Source: Zancudomyces culisetae HAW-14-8
Taxonomy: Eukaryota > Fungi > Kickxellomycota
Length of the DNA: 64,000 nucleotides
Reading direction: 5' to 3'
Assembly (NCBI GenBank): GCA_052426225.1
Contig: JBNJNM010000011.1
Coordinates: 930,001-994,000 of the forward strand
The stretch's first letter is position 1; the number at the start of each line of letters is the position of its first letter. The position numbers and the translations under genes were made by a program. This document shows positions 39,701-51,082 of this stretch, piece after piece. Under the pieces are notes generated by a model. The model was not told the DNA's origin and made no database searches. It was given only the letters and a program-made list of their open reading frames with translations.

Positions 39701-40997
39701 AAGGAAGAGCAAAAGTATTTATTACAGGCTATAATGGCAGATGCGCTGAAAAGCCAAAAAACAATTTTGGATTCAGGAATGTCTGCTAAGTATGCCATGT
39801 TTAGTGATATAAATGGAAGTCTGACGCTTGAAATGGAGAGTAGAAGAGAAGATACAGAGGATGCGGATATCGAGCTTGACAAGTTGTTACTCAATTCTAT
39901 CCACGTTGCTTGTAGAAACAACAAGGTGATGCGAGCGTTGGATTTGGTAGGAATGCTTCGACTCGCTGAAAGTCTTTTAGCGGCGGAAAAGATTGCCGTT
40001 TTTCATAAAAATGCGGTGTTGGCCGAGAAAATTATGGAGGTTAGATCCAAATTCTCTGCGCTATCCGATGAAGATGCTGACGAAAACAGCGAGAACGAAG
40101 AAAGTGATGAAGAAAGTGATCAAAACCAAACAGGTTATGCGAGGGATACAGCTCGTTTGGGCACTGTTAATTTTACACAAGATCATCGTAGCTCCTTGAG
40201 CAACAAGAACCTTGATCTCGCTAAAAAAGCCAAGAGCGGCCTTAGTCATAGAGATCTTGCTGAAGCTGATCACCACATGTTTTCTGTAGATACCCAGCCC
40301 ACAGTCTCTGGCCAAAACCAGTATCCTGGCACACAAACCGATTCTGACTTGACAACCACAGCGCATTTGAACAGCTCCTTGGTTGGCCACACAGATTCAG
40401 ATATAAGCGCTCTTCCCGGATATAGCCCCAAAGGTAATATTATAATATGTTTTGCACTTTTATCGCCCTTAAAAGGTAATTCCCAGCTAATTTCTACATG
40501 TTCAATTTTCATTCATAGCAAAAGGTTCCAAGAGATCAGTAAATGCCGCATTTAATCCCTTTGCTGTGGAAAATTCCACACAATCATCTATTATTTCAAA
40601 GCGAGATGGTAGGAGTTCCCATTCCTATGATAGTAATACAAAAGACCTTACTAATAGCGTGACTTCTTCGAATCCCTTTGACCCACCTGTACGTTCCAGG
40701 ACTGACTCAACACTTATAGATTCTTCAAAGCCAACAAAAAAGCCTAAAACATATTCCAAACTGAAAACCCAAGAGTCAGAGCTATCAAAGGAGTTTGAGG
40801 CTCGAACTAATTTGAGTTCAAATACACCCTCTACCAAGACACTCAATCTATTGGCATCATTTGCTGGACCTAAACCAAAAAAATTCTCTTCGAAAACAAC
40901 CGGCGATACATTAAATGGCACTACTGCAGAAGATAGTGTTGACTTGGAGTCTGTTCAGGGCACTCCATCCACTGTTGGCGACTCCAATGGTTTGTAG
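36773..40997 (+). CDS. CTF4: Replisome hub Ctf4/Mcl1/AND-1 (WD40 + SepB + helical domain); 9 exons
   Basis: RFAHTEGYT...ITGGSD WD40 start; acidic linker DFVVDDDG; PFQPSATP, WLGFSD, WVPV, YWPVGV, ELDKLLL...RALDL. Eight GT-AG introns, frame-consistent. Confidence 0.92.
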
Positions 40998-43020
40998 TCT
41001 CTAGCATGTTTCTTCCCTTTTTCTTGCCCCTTTCTTAGTTTCGTTGTTATGTCTGCTTTCTTATTTACTTATTTTCTTTATTTTTGATTATTCGTTCAAT
41101 ATATATTTGCACTCTCCTCCTTTAAGGGAGGTAAAGTCACACACGTCTATTGTTAATAGTTGGTTTTTAGTCAATTAGATATGGTAGGTGGGACAAAACT
41201 ATCTTAATTAATAGTTTTTTGAACACAAATAGTTTGTGTTTGTATGGAATCTTTGTGTAATTAGAGATGCGTTTGTTAACCTTAGAAATTCGAGAGTATG
41301 ATGAGACCAGCTATTTTCTTTTTTAGACATTTTTACGTAAACACTGCTTTTGTCTTGTTTTTCGTTTATTTTTTTGTCTCCATCTATTGCTAAATAAAAG
41401 ATGTTGAAATACGGGAGACCATTGGCAAAACCATATGTATAGTTGATGGAAAAAAAATCAAAGCAGAAATACTCATTGATGAAGTGGAGAGGGGTACTCG
41501 CTTGCAGTTAGAGATTTGAACAATCTCCATACTGGGTTATGTGATAATAGGGTTTAATGTATAAAATAGTTAAAATCTTGATTATTATCATATTCATGTG
41601 AAGGGTTGTATAGCAACAGCAGGTTTCAACCAAGTTTTGTTTAATGTACTAAATACCTCGATGGTTTTTTATTTTGCGTTGTCTTTTTTTAATTACCTCT
41701 AAAAAGTATGAGCTCTGAACACAAGAAAATAAATGTATGTGTTCAAAGGTAGTACAGAAAAAAAACAGTATAACCGGACCGGAACTTATTCTGAATTTGG
41801 ATATCCGGCTTTTGTGCAAAGAAACCAGTCAGAAATTAGAAAAAAGTAACAAGATTCATGGTACCTTTGCGTTGCTACCTTGCTGCTAAATCTTTGTGCT
41901 TTCTTTATTAGACATTACCCCCTTTATTTTTCCATATATACTCTCCTCTAGATACATTATTTTAAGCGGAGTCTAGACACTTAATCACACCTAGTTTTTG
42001 TTAACTAACCCCTAACTTGATCTGTATATGATAGCACCCTTTATGTGTACAAGACTAAAAGGGTTGATGATGTTGACTGCATACATTCATAAAATATAAC
42101 CCAGAACAACTTATTGGAATTTTAGTACTGGTTCGGATCAAAAGGAGAACTAAAGACTATAATTATAAGCAGTCATAGTGACTGCTTATGCTGTTTTGAC
42201 CTTTTTTTTGATATCTTTTTTTTGAATTTGTGACGAACGTATGGGGCTTGTAACTTGAGTTAAACATGAAACAGCAAAGTGTTTTGCATTTTCTTCATAA
42301 ACACGCCTCATGGCCCCAGTCAGCCAGGACGCAAGACCTAAAAGTGTATATATTATTTAAGAATTTCAATTTGCATTTAATGCCATTAGTACTGTTTTAA
42401 CAGTTTGATATACTTTTTGTTTGGCTTTTGTAAATGTGAATATAGAAATCACAAATAGATGGTAGAGAAATTGAATGGATTTAGCAATATTCACTGCTTT
42501 TTATTCTATTCAGTTTATGTAATAAATGCAAAAGCAATTAAGACAAAATAAACTTTATTTAAAAATAAGTGCAAAAATATTGAAAAAATGCAATCTTGTT
42601 AAAAATGTCGAAAAAAAGCGGTAGAACACGTTGATTCGATTCGAACTGAAATAGTTGTGCAAACTAAGGTGAAAGTCCCTTCTTAAGCGAATATTGGAAT
42701 TGTGACCACTTCATTTTGTATAATTAATTTCCCATAAGAAAAAAATTAAATAAAAACCATTCTCGGAAATCAAACAAAATGAATAAGTCACCAAAAGTAA
42801 AGCAATATTGATAGTAAACATCTCGGTGTTGCCGCTTATTTTGATACGGAGCACAAAGTAAAAAAAATTTCTACCACAAAAAGAGCAAAATTTGCTTGAG
42901 TTTTACCTAAAATCTAAAAGGATGTAATTTGGCACATCTAATTAATGAAAACTACAGGACTAGCCAAAGGCCAGTAAAAAAATTATACTACTTCTCCTTT
43001 TCCCTTCGCCTTCCCCACCA

Positions 43021-43168
43021 CAGACACAGACACAGACACAGACATACACACATACACACATACACACATACACACATACACACATACACACATACACACA
43101 TACACACATACACACATACACACATACACACATACACACATACACACATACACACATACACACATACA
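43021..43168. repeat. Microsatellite (CAGACA)3 + (CATACACA)n
   Basis: Direct reading; it produces the spurious HTYTHT/VCMCVC ORFs. Confidence 0.95.
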
Positions 43169-43543
43169 CGAGAATATCGAGGTCTTTTCAAGTACATTCA
43201 AGATTATATTTGTATGTAATATGAAGTGTGAGGCTACATGTGTGCTCGTAATTACTGACGAAGAGAAATACGCGGTATCATTATATTGGTAAAATGGATT
43301 TATTTTCCCAGTGGAAATCATTATTTGTTATTTTGACTGGTATTATTATGCAAAAACCACCAATATTTTGGCAAAAAATGTAACTTTATACCTAATCTAT
43401 TTGTGGAATAATTTGTCGGACTCTTGAAGACGATTTATTCTATATTAAAATATAAGTGTTGTTAAAAAAATCTTGGGCTTTTACAAAATTGTTTTTTACC
43501 TCTGCATAAACGATGCAATGTTCTTACATATTGAAAAACGAGC

Positions 43544-43646
43544 TGGGTTGGGTTGAATTGGAATAGACTGGGTTGGATTGGATTGGATTGGATTGGATTG
43601 GGTTGAGTTGGATTGGGTTGAGTTGGGTTGGGGAAAGGGAGGGAGG
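43544..43646. repeat. Pentamer repeat (GGRTT)n ending in a G4 motif
   Basis: gggtt/ggatt/gagtt units; GGGTTGGGGAAAGGGAGGG at 43625-43643. Confidence 0.85.
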
Positions 43647-44955
43647 TTCACAAAATAATATATAACCAACTTAATCTATCAGTTATGTATTGTTCAAAAT
43701 CTTTTGTTTTCAATACAGCAAACGTAAGTAAAACTAGAAATTTATTGTAAATAATCTACTCAGATTGGTATTAGGGGTATTCACACATATATGCGATCAT
43801 TCGTACTTTGTGCACTTGATATCATTGATATTTTATGTTCTCTTAATTTTTCAAAACGAGAGCAACGTATCACTAATTAAATTAAAGCAATTAAACAGAA
43901 ATAAGCTAGCAAAGAGCGGTCTAGAAACCCATTGATCAACAAAATTGATAAGGTTTCCATCTATTGTAGCATTGTTGTTTGTAGTTTCTAGTATATTGGC
44001 TCGTAAAAATTTAAATCTGAGATCCATCAAAGAAACAAAAACCCCGTTTATTATTGCACAAAGAAATACATTAAATCTTGGATCCAGTCGGCCAATCGCT
44101 GTTTATATTAACGTAATAAATCCTATTTTTTGTAAGTTTTGAAATAAAATTGCTGGAAAGTACATAATGTGTTTCTTCAATTTTTGAAACTTTCCTTTGC
44201 ATTTACATTTTAATTTTCGTGTTTTTATTGTACCTTTAAAAAGGAAATAATCGATGGTAAATTTGAAAGGCGAGTAGAACCTGGATTCTCTAAACAAATA
44301 CTAATACAAATACAATAAGAACCACAATAATGCTATTTGGAGAATAAGTACCAATGTTACGAGAATTAGAAACTTATATTTACAGGTTCTCAGAGTTTAA
44401 CAGCTTAAATAATAAACTAAAAAAATAGATAAGAATAACTGCAAGAAAAGTGGAAAGCAAAAAATACAAGCTGTTACAAATCTGAGATTGGTATGGTTTA
44501 TTAGCTAATCCAAGCCATCGGCGAGATCGGGCTTTTTACTGGGTATAAAAGTTAGGGGGTCAACACTGAAGTCAAACTCAACTAGTTTTGGTCTTTTAGT
44601 GTGGTTGAATTAACCTTTGACCTATTGATGTTAGCAATTTAAATTGGTTCAACCAAGGTGTCTCCATGGAAAATTTTTTTCTAATCACTTCCTTAGCTAA
44701 AATTGTGTATTTTTTTTAGAGGGGGAGAAAGGCGGAAAGGATCTAAATCAAAGATATATAAACAGAGGTACATGGTATAACGTTTTCAATTTTCCAAACC
44801 AAAAAAACGTCAGCTGTATTTCAGGGGAATCAAGTACATTCCTCTTGTTCATTACCTTTAGGACCCTTAATATTCCTCTCCTCTCCACCACTAATTAGAT
44901 AAATATTTATCTAAGGCTGTACTAAGGCTGTGTTTATACAAACCGGGTATTTGGA

Positions 44956-45767
44956 ATGGATTTAAACTTTGTTTGCCACTCAGACTCCTATCTGAGCGAT
45001 TCTGAGCATACGAACTTCGATACTCAATATGCATTGGCTGGCAGGTACGCATTTAATACTGTTTTTATTGTTTCCGTTATATAATTTTAATTATTAGCTT
45101 GTCAGAGCGCGTAAGATTGGCAAAAATCGTACTAGGATAGTTAATAACAGTATCTGTATCTGTATCTGTAACCGAATAATGATAATAACAAAGTAGAGAC
45201 GAGAGAGAATCTTCAAACTTTGATGACTACAGAAGTTGGAATAATGAGACTGGGTTTGAGGGCTATAGCGACCGGAATTTAAACGAGACATACAACTATC
45301 AAAGAAATTCTCCTGAAAATACATGCTATGATTATTTTGGTAACAGTAGGCCGGGCACCACTTCCAGAGGTGGTATAGAACAAGAAGAATACAGAAATAG
45401 CGAGTTTTTTATGGCCAGCAGCACGCCATACACAAGCCATACTGGATTTGATCAGACATCCGATTCAGATGTCAACTCGGGGAGATATACCACAGAGCTG
45501 TACGATGTTTTGGGAAAATGTGACGAGATTTCGACGTTTGCCGAAAGCTACCTATCTGAAGAGCAAAGGGAGTGTGTTTCCCAACATCAACCTTCTGATG
45601 AGATAGTTGATGAAATGATGAAAAATTCTTACGAAATTTTAGATGTTTTTATGAAGATTAGGCACGAGAAATTCAAAACGGATCAGGATACAGATCCTAT
45701 GGAGTATATTCGGAAAAGAAGAACTAACATCCTCCCAAGAAACTCAGTTAGGACCCAAAAAATGTAA
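44956..45767 (+). CDS. NsdD-type GATA factor N-terminal helical domain, no zinc finger; likely exons 44956-45044 and 45347-45767
   Basis: Exon 1 MDLNFVCHSDSY...LAG|GTACGC joins in phase 2 to AACAG|T at 45347. LYDVLGKCDEISTFAESY...PSDEIVDEMMKNSYEILDVF...MEYIRKRR resembles the region that precedes the finger in zygomycete/basidiomycete NsdD-like GATA factors (recalled, not searched). Confidence 0.6.
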
Positions 45768-46668
45768 AATAGGCATGTCTTCATACTAATTTCTTTTGTC
45801 CATGATCACACCTCACACCTCACACCTCACACTCATACGCATACATATACGCATACGCATACGCACACGTACCCAAATACTCATACTCACACCTATATCA
45901 CATCAATGCTCACATTCATGCTCACATCATCGCACCATGACTGTTCTTTTGTCTTTTTTCTTTATACGTTATTGATTTATCGCATAGCTCACTTGCTAAC
46001 TGTGAGTACCTGCATTCCTTTTTTTTTTATTGTTTGTCGTTTTTGTAAAATAGAGAAATATTTACCACCACAACCCGTTTTTTTTAAAAAAAAGATATTG
46101 TCAGGTTAATTCGAATATTTCCTTGAATTGGCTGAATGTTCGTGTGAATGTTAGATTTTTTCTTTTGAAAAGTGAAAAAAAGGATATTTGTGGGTTTTGT
46201 AGATAACTTTGTAGAAATATTTCCGTTTGCATTATCACCCTTCCCTTCCCTTGCCTTCGCTCCTTCCACCTGCTCCCCTATTCCCCTCTAAAAAATAAAC
46301 ATAGAATAAACAGACACCATTGGTATAAAAGTACCCAATACTTTTTATTAACTGATTGAAAAATGGTACTACATCTAGTACAGTGTAAAGATGAAAAAAA
46401 GAATAAAACCCCCCACCCTAATCTATGGTAAATAGACAAATAAGACAATGATATGCACCACTTTACAAATGAACAATGCATTTGTGCAAAATATCAAAGT
46501 ATTTAAAATCAGTCGATTTAATTAGGTTTGTGTTTTATAGGAGGAAAAATTAATAATGGGTATCTTTGATGTCTAAATACATTTACTTTTATATTTAAGT
46601 GTGACAAAACGCATTTATTATCTGAGTGGGTAAAATGGAAAAAACATCATTGCTTGTTGTAAAGTAAA

Positions 46669-47488
46669 TTATCCCATTAGCTTTACCAAAGCAAAAGATC
46701 CACCAGCTGCAACCGCACCAATTCCAAGAGTTTGGAAAGCGCTCTTATGAACGCTGTGTAATCCTATAAACCTTGCTCTAAAGATTCCAAACACATAGAG
46801 GGCGAATAATGTTACAATGGATGAAAAGGCGAGTCCACGAATAGTGTCTGTGGTTAGCAAATACGGTAGTAGAGGTAATAGGCCACCAAAAAAGTATGCG
46901 AGTCCAATTGTGGCTGCGGAAATCTAGAGTAAAATAATATAAATATAGTTGTCTAAAAAAATTCTGACAATTTGGTAAACTGTATAAATGTGTAAACGTT
47001 TTTCCCTCCACCATAAACATTATAAAATACAGATATTTTTTTTTTTAAAAAAAAGAATATAATACATCAAAGTACTTACGGTTGATCGCCATTCGCTTGG
47101 TCTTTCAAGATTAAGTTCGAATTTCATCATAAAATCTACATAGGCTTTAGGATTACTTTTCAATTTTTTCAGAATTGGTTGGATTTCATCACGGCTCAGA
47201 CCATATGGTTCAAAGATATCAACAATCTCCTGCTCTTCTGCTTGAGGAAAATGAACGATTTCGTATTCCTCACGTGCACGCTCAGCATCAAAATGATCGA
47301 TCTCTGACTTACTAGCCAGATAACCTCCAAGACCCATACTGATCGCACCTGCCAAAAGTTCTATAATGGTGTTTTGATTCATAATAATTAGTATATATAA
47401 CCCTAGTGTTGTTTTTTTTACTAACTACAATATAGTGTTTTGAAAACAATAATATCAGAAATATCAGTGCCAATAGTTATGAATAAGA

Positions 47489-47521
<33 letters not shown>

Positions 47522-47865
47522 ATGAAGGGGGGATGAAGGAGGAGGTGGTGGTGTGGTTAGGGTTATACAAGTAGAATAAAAAAAGATCAAAAGTGAGAGA
47601 AAATACCTGCAAACCCAGCAATCACAACAAGGTTGTTATCGTATAGACCTGATAGACCGGCAGCCAACGCAAATGGAACAGTTAAACCATCGGCGAGGCC
47701 AATTATTGCATCACGCAATACCTCTGCATTCATTCTATGTTGTTCATTATGTTGGGTAGGGGGAGTGAAGCCACGTGGGTATTGGGATGGAAGAGAGAGT
47801 GCGTTTGAAGAAACGGTGGTGTTTTTGGTACTGGTTGGAAGAAGTGGTTGTCCTTCGCGTTGCAT
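46669..47865 (-). CDS. CCC1: Vacuolar Fe/Mn transporter Ccc1/VIT1; 3 exons
   Basis: RDAIIGLADGLTVPFALAAGLS, ELLAGAISMGLGGYL, FMMKFEL, GGLLPLLPY; two GT-AG introns. Confidence 0.95.
47493..47522. repeat. (TG)n microsatellite in CCC1 intron 1
   Basis: Direct reading. Confidence 0.9.
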
Positions 47866-49586
47866 TTTTGTAATATTTAGATTATTTGTTTAGATTATTT
47901 GTTTAACGCTTGTTGTTCAAGGAGACAAAAACAATAGTGCAAGAGAAGAGGAAAGGTAGTGTGTATGTTAATACGTAAGAGAGTTTGTAGAAATAAATCT
48001 GATACACCCAAATATTTTGCAGTTGAGAATATTCAATGATGGGATATGTTGCTTTCTTTTCTTCTTTTCAATGTTGTTTTGCAGTTCTAGATATAATAAG
48101 AGACTTTTGTTTTCCCTTTCTTTTTATGAATCTGGAGCATTTAAAGAATACAAGAGAGGAAAAATATTTAGTAATATAGGAATTTATAGCCTGGCTCTTT
48201 TTTTTTTTGTTTTATTTTATGTCTTTTGGTTGCATTAATAAATGATGATTTAAAGCATAAACATTACCTAGTTATTTTTTTTTATTAGAAAAAAAGCTGG
48301 AAAATGTGATATTAATATAGGGATATATTATTGGGTTAAAAAAAAAACAAGAAGCGGATATTAATCAATTAAAACACAGAAAAAATGGAATGAAGTACTT
48401 GGCTATTTAAAAACGAATGGTTACCCGTTTATATAATAGGCCAGAAGAGAACGAAGGAAGGAGAGAGGGATGGAAATTAGCAACGAAAAAAAAAAGGGTG
48501 AATATGTACATAATATTGCCGATAATATGATATAAAGTGTGGGGGCAGAATTAGAGGTAGGTAAATATAATATAGTCATGGAAAAAAAAGAGTATGATGG
48601 TTAAAGGGTACAATAGGCTTTGAAAAAACCAAAGAAAAATGGGTTTGAAAATTAGGCTATAATAAGCACCCAAAAAATAAAAGAGTAAATGGTAAAAAAA
48701 TTTTATTTTATATTATATTATTTATTTTTACAAAAAGCGATCGGAGAAATTGATACGTAAAAAATGTATTGATTAGCGTTTGAGGGTATAGATGTAGATG
48801 AAAATCGATACCTATGTTGTATCGATACCCATGTTCATAACCATGTTTACATTAATTCACGTACATGGGCATGAAAATGCATATGTGTATGCACATAGTT
48901 TATGGTTTGTTGGAACAAGGTAACAATAAAGATATAGAAAGTGGGGAAGGGGAAGGGGAAGGGGAAGGATAGATATTAAGAAATAGGGTTGTATGAGTTC
49001 CAAGCAAAATCGTAACCAATTCAAGTACATGAAATTTGTTTACTTGTTATAATGTGGTGTGGTATGACGAGTTTTGCTGGAAAAAAAAACATTAATTGTT
49101 GATGCTAAAACTGATAAAGAGAGATCAAGAGGAGAGATATAAGGGTGTGAGAAGGAATAGTGTAAAACTGGAGGGGGGGAGGATGTGGAAGAAGAAAATA
49201 TGTTTACAAGTAGATGTATTGTTGAAATGTCAATATATCGTTTTCATTATAGGTTTTTATATATATCTAAATGTAAACGTAAATACTAATTATACATATT
49301 ATTCCTGGATTTAAAAAATAAACAGAATTGATAAATAAATTTCAAGTCAAATAATATTAATTTAAAGAGAGAGGAAGAGAGGGAGGGGGAAGGGTTGTGT
49401 GGTGGGGAAAGAGAGGGGGAGAAAGGAATAGGAAGAAAAAAAAAATAGATATTCATTGTTAAAATTTTTATACACAGAAATAAAAAAAAAAAAGGGTGAA
49501 TAGAAAAAATTTTAAAGTAAATAACAAACAAGAGGAGAAGGAAAAAAAAAAAGAGCGAGAAAGAAAAAGGAAATTAAAGAGAAAAG

Positions 49587-50799
49587 ATGTCACAGCAAAC
49601 CAATACCAAAGATTGTCGTTTTTACGAAGCAGTATACCCAGAGCCAGAGGATCATGTCGTAGTAAAAGTCCGGCAGATAGCAGATATGGGAGCATATGTA
49701 CAACTTGAGGAGTACGGCAACATTGAAGGGATGGTTCTTCTTTCGGAACTCAGTCGTCGACGTATCCGCTCGGTGCAAAAACTGATCAAAGTTGGCAAAC
49801 GTGAAGTTGTTTTGGTTCTGCGTGTTGATAAGGATAAGGGATATATTGATTTGTCGAAACGTCGTGTTACTCCTGAAGATTATGCAAAATGTGATGCCAA
49901 ATTTCAAAAATCCAAAGCAGTAAGTATATCTTGTATGTTAGATTATTTTTACTTTTATATTGAATCTGGATCAAATATTTCCATGTAAATGATATGGCCT
50001 GTAAAGTAAAGTAAAGTCAAGTCAAGAAAAAAGTCAAATCAAGAAAAGTAAAAGTAAAAGTGAAATTTAATCTAATAAAATTTAGGTACATAGTATCATG
50101 AAACATGTAGCTGCTAGATTAAATTTGGATTTGGAAGGATTATACAAGAGATTCGGTTGGCCATTGTACAAGAAGTATGGACATGCATATGATGCGTTCA
50201 AGTTGGCAATAACGTAAGAGAGAAAATTATTAAAAAAAGAAAAAAGTGTATATGGATAGATGAATAGATAAAAGAGTAAATAATAAATAAATAATAATAA
50301 TAATGTTGGGATAAAATGAAAATGTTTTAGGGATAGCAAAGCAGTATTTGACGAGTACGAATTGGAACCAGAGCTTATTGAAGAATTACTACTGAATATC
50401 CGACGCAGATTGACACCACAACCAGTGAAGATCCGAGCAGATATTGAGGTGAGTTGCTATGGGTACGAAGGGGTAGAGGCAATCCGTCGGGCATTGCATG
50501 CAGGGTTGGAGTGTTCTACTGAAGAAGTGCCACTCAAAATCAAGCTTATTGCGCCACCATTATATGTGATTACAACAAACTCGTTGGATAAGGAGTTGGG
50601 TACCCAGGTTATGGAAGAGGCATTGAACAAGATTGAGAGTAGTATTCGGGGAGAGCAAGGAGGAGAGTTTGTGATCAAGATGAAACCCAAGGCAGTTAGT
50701 GAGCATGAAGAGAAGGAGCTTGCGGATATGTTGGCACAAGCTGAGCGGGAAAATGCTGAAATTAGTGGAGATGGATATGATAGCAACGATGAAGAATAA
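49587..50799 (+). CDS. SUI2: Translation initiation factor eIF2-alpha; 3 exons 49587-49920, 50087-50213, 50331-50799
   Basis: [21 protein letters not shown] (Ser51 site), [29 protein letters not shown]. Confidence 0.97.
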
Positions 50800-51082
50800 T
50801 TGTAAAAAGAAAAGAAAAGAATAAGGAAGGATAAAGGATAAAGAGGGAAGAGGGAAGAGAGAAGAAAGAAGGGGGAGGTGGTGGATATTTACATTTATTT
50901 ATTTTTCTTTTTCTTTATAGTTTTCTTTGATAAAGTTATGATTATATATATATTGAAAAAATAAATGACTAAATGAAAAAAAAAATGATGGTTATTAAAA
51001 TAATTATGATATAAAATGGAAAAATAAGAGAGAAGAGAGAGGGGAGGGGGAAGGGGGGGGGGATGAGAAATCTATATAATAA

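Noticed and set aside
42929-43321. ORFs with HTYTHT or VCMCVC repeats
   Set aside because: They are translations of the (CATACACA)n microsatellite.
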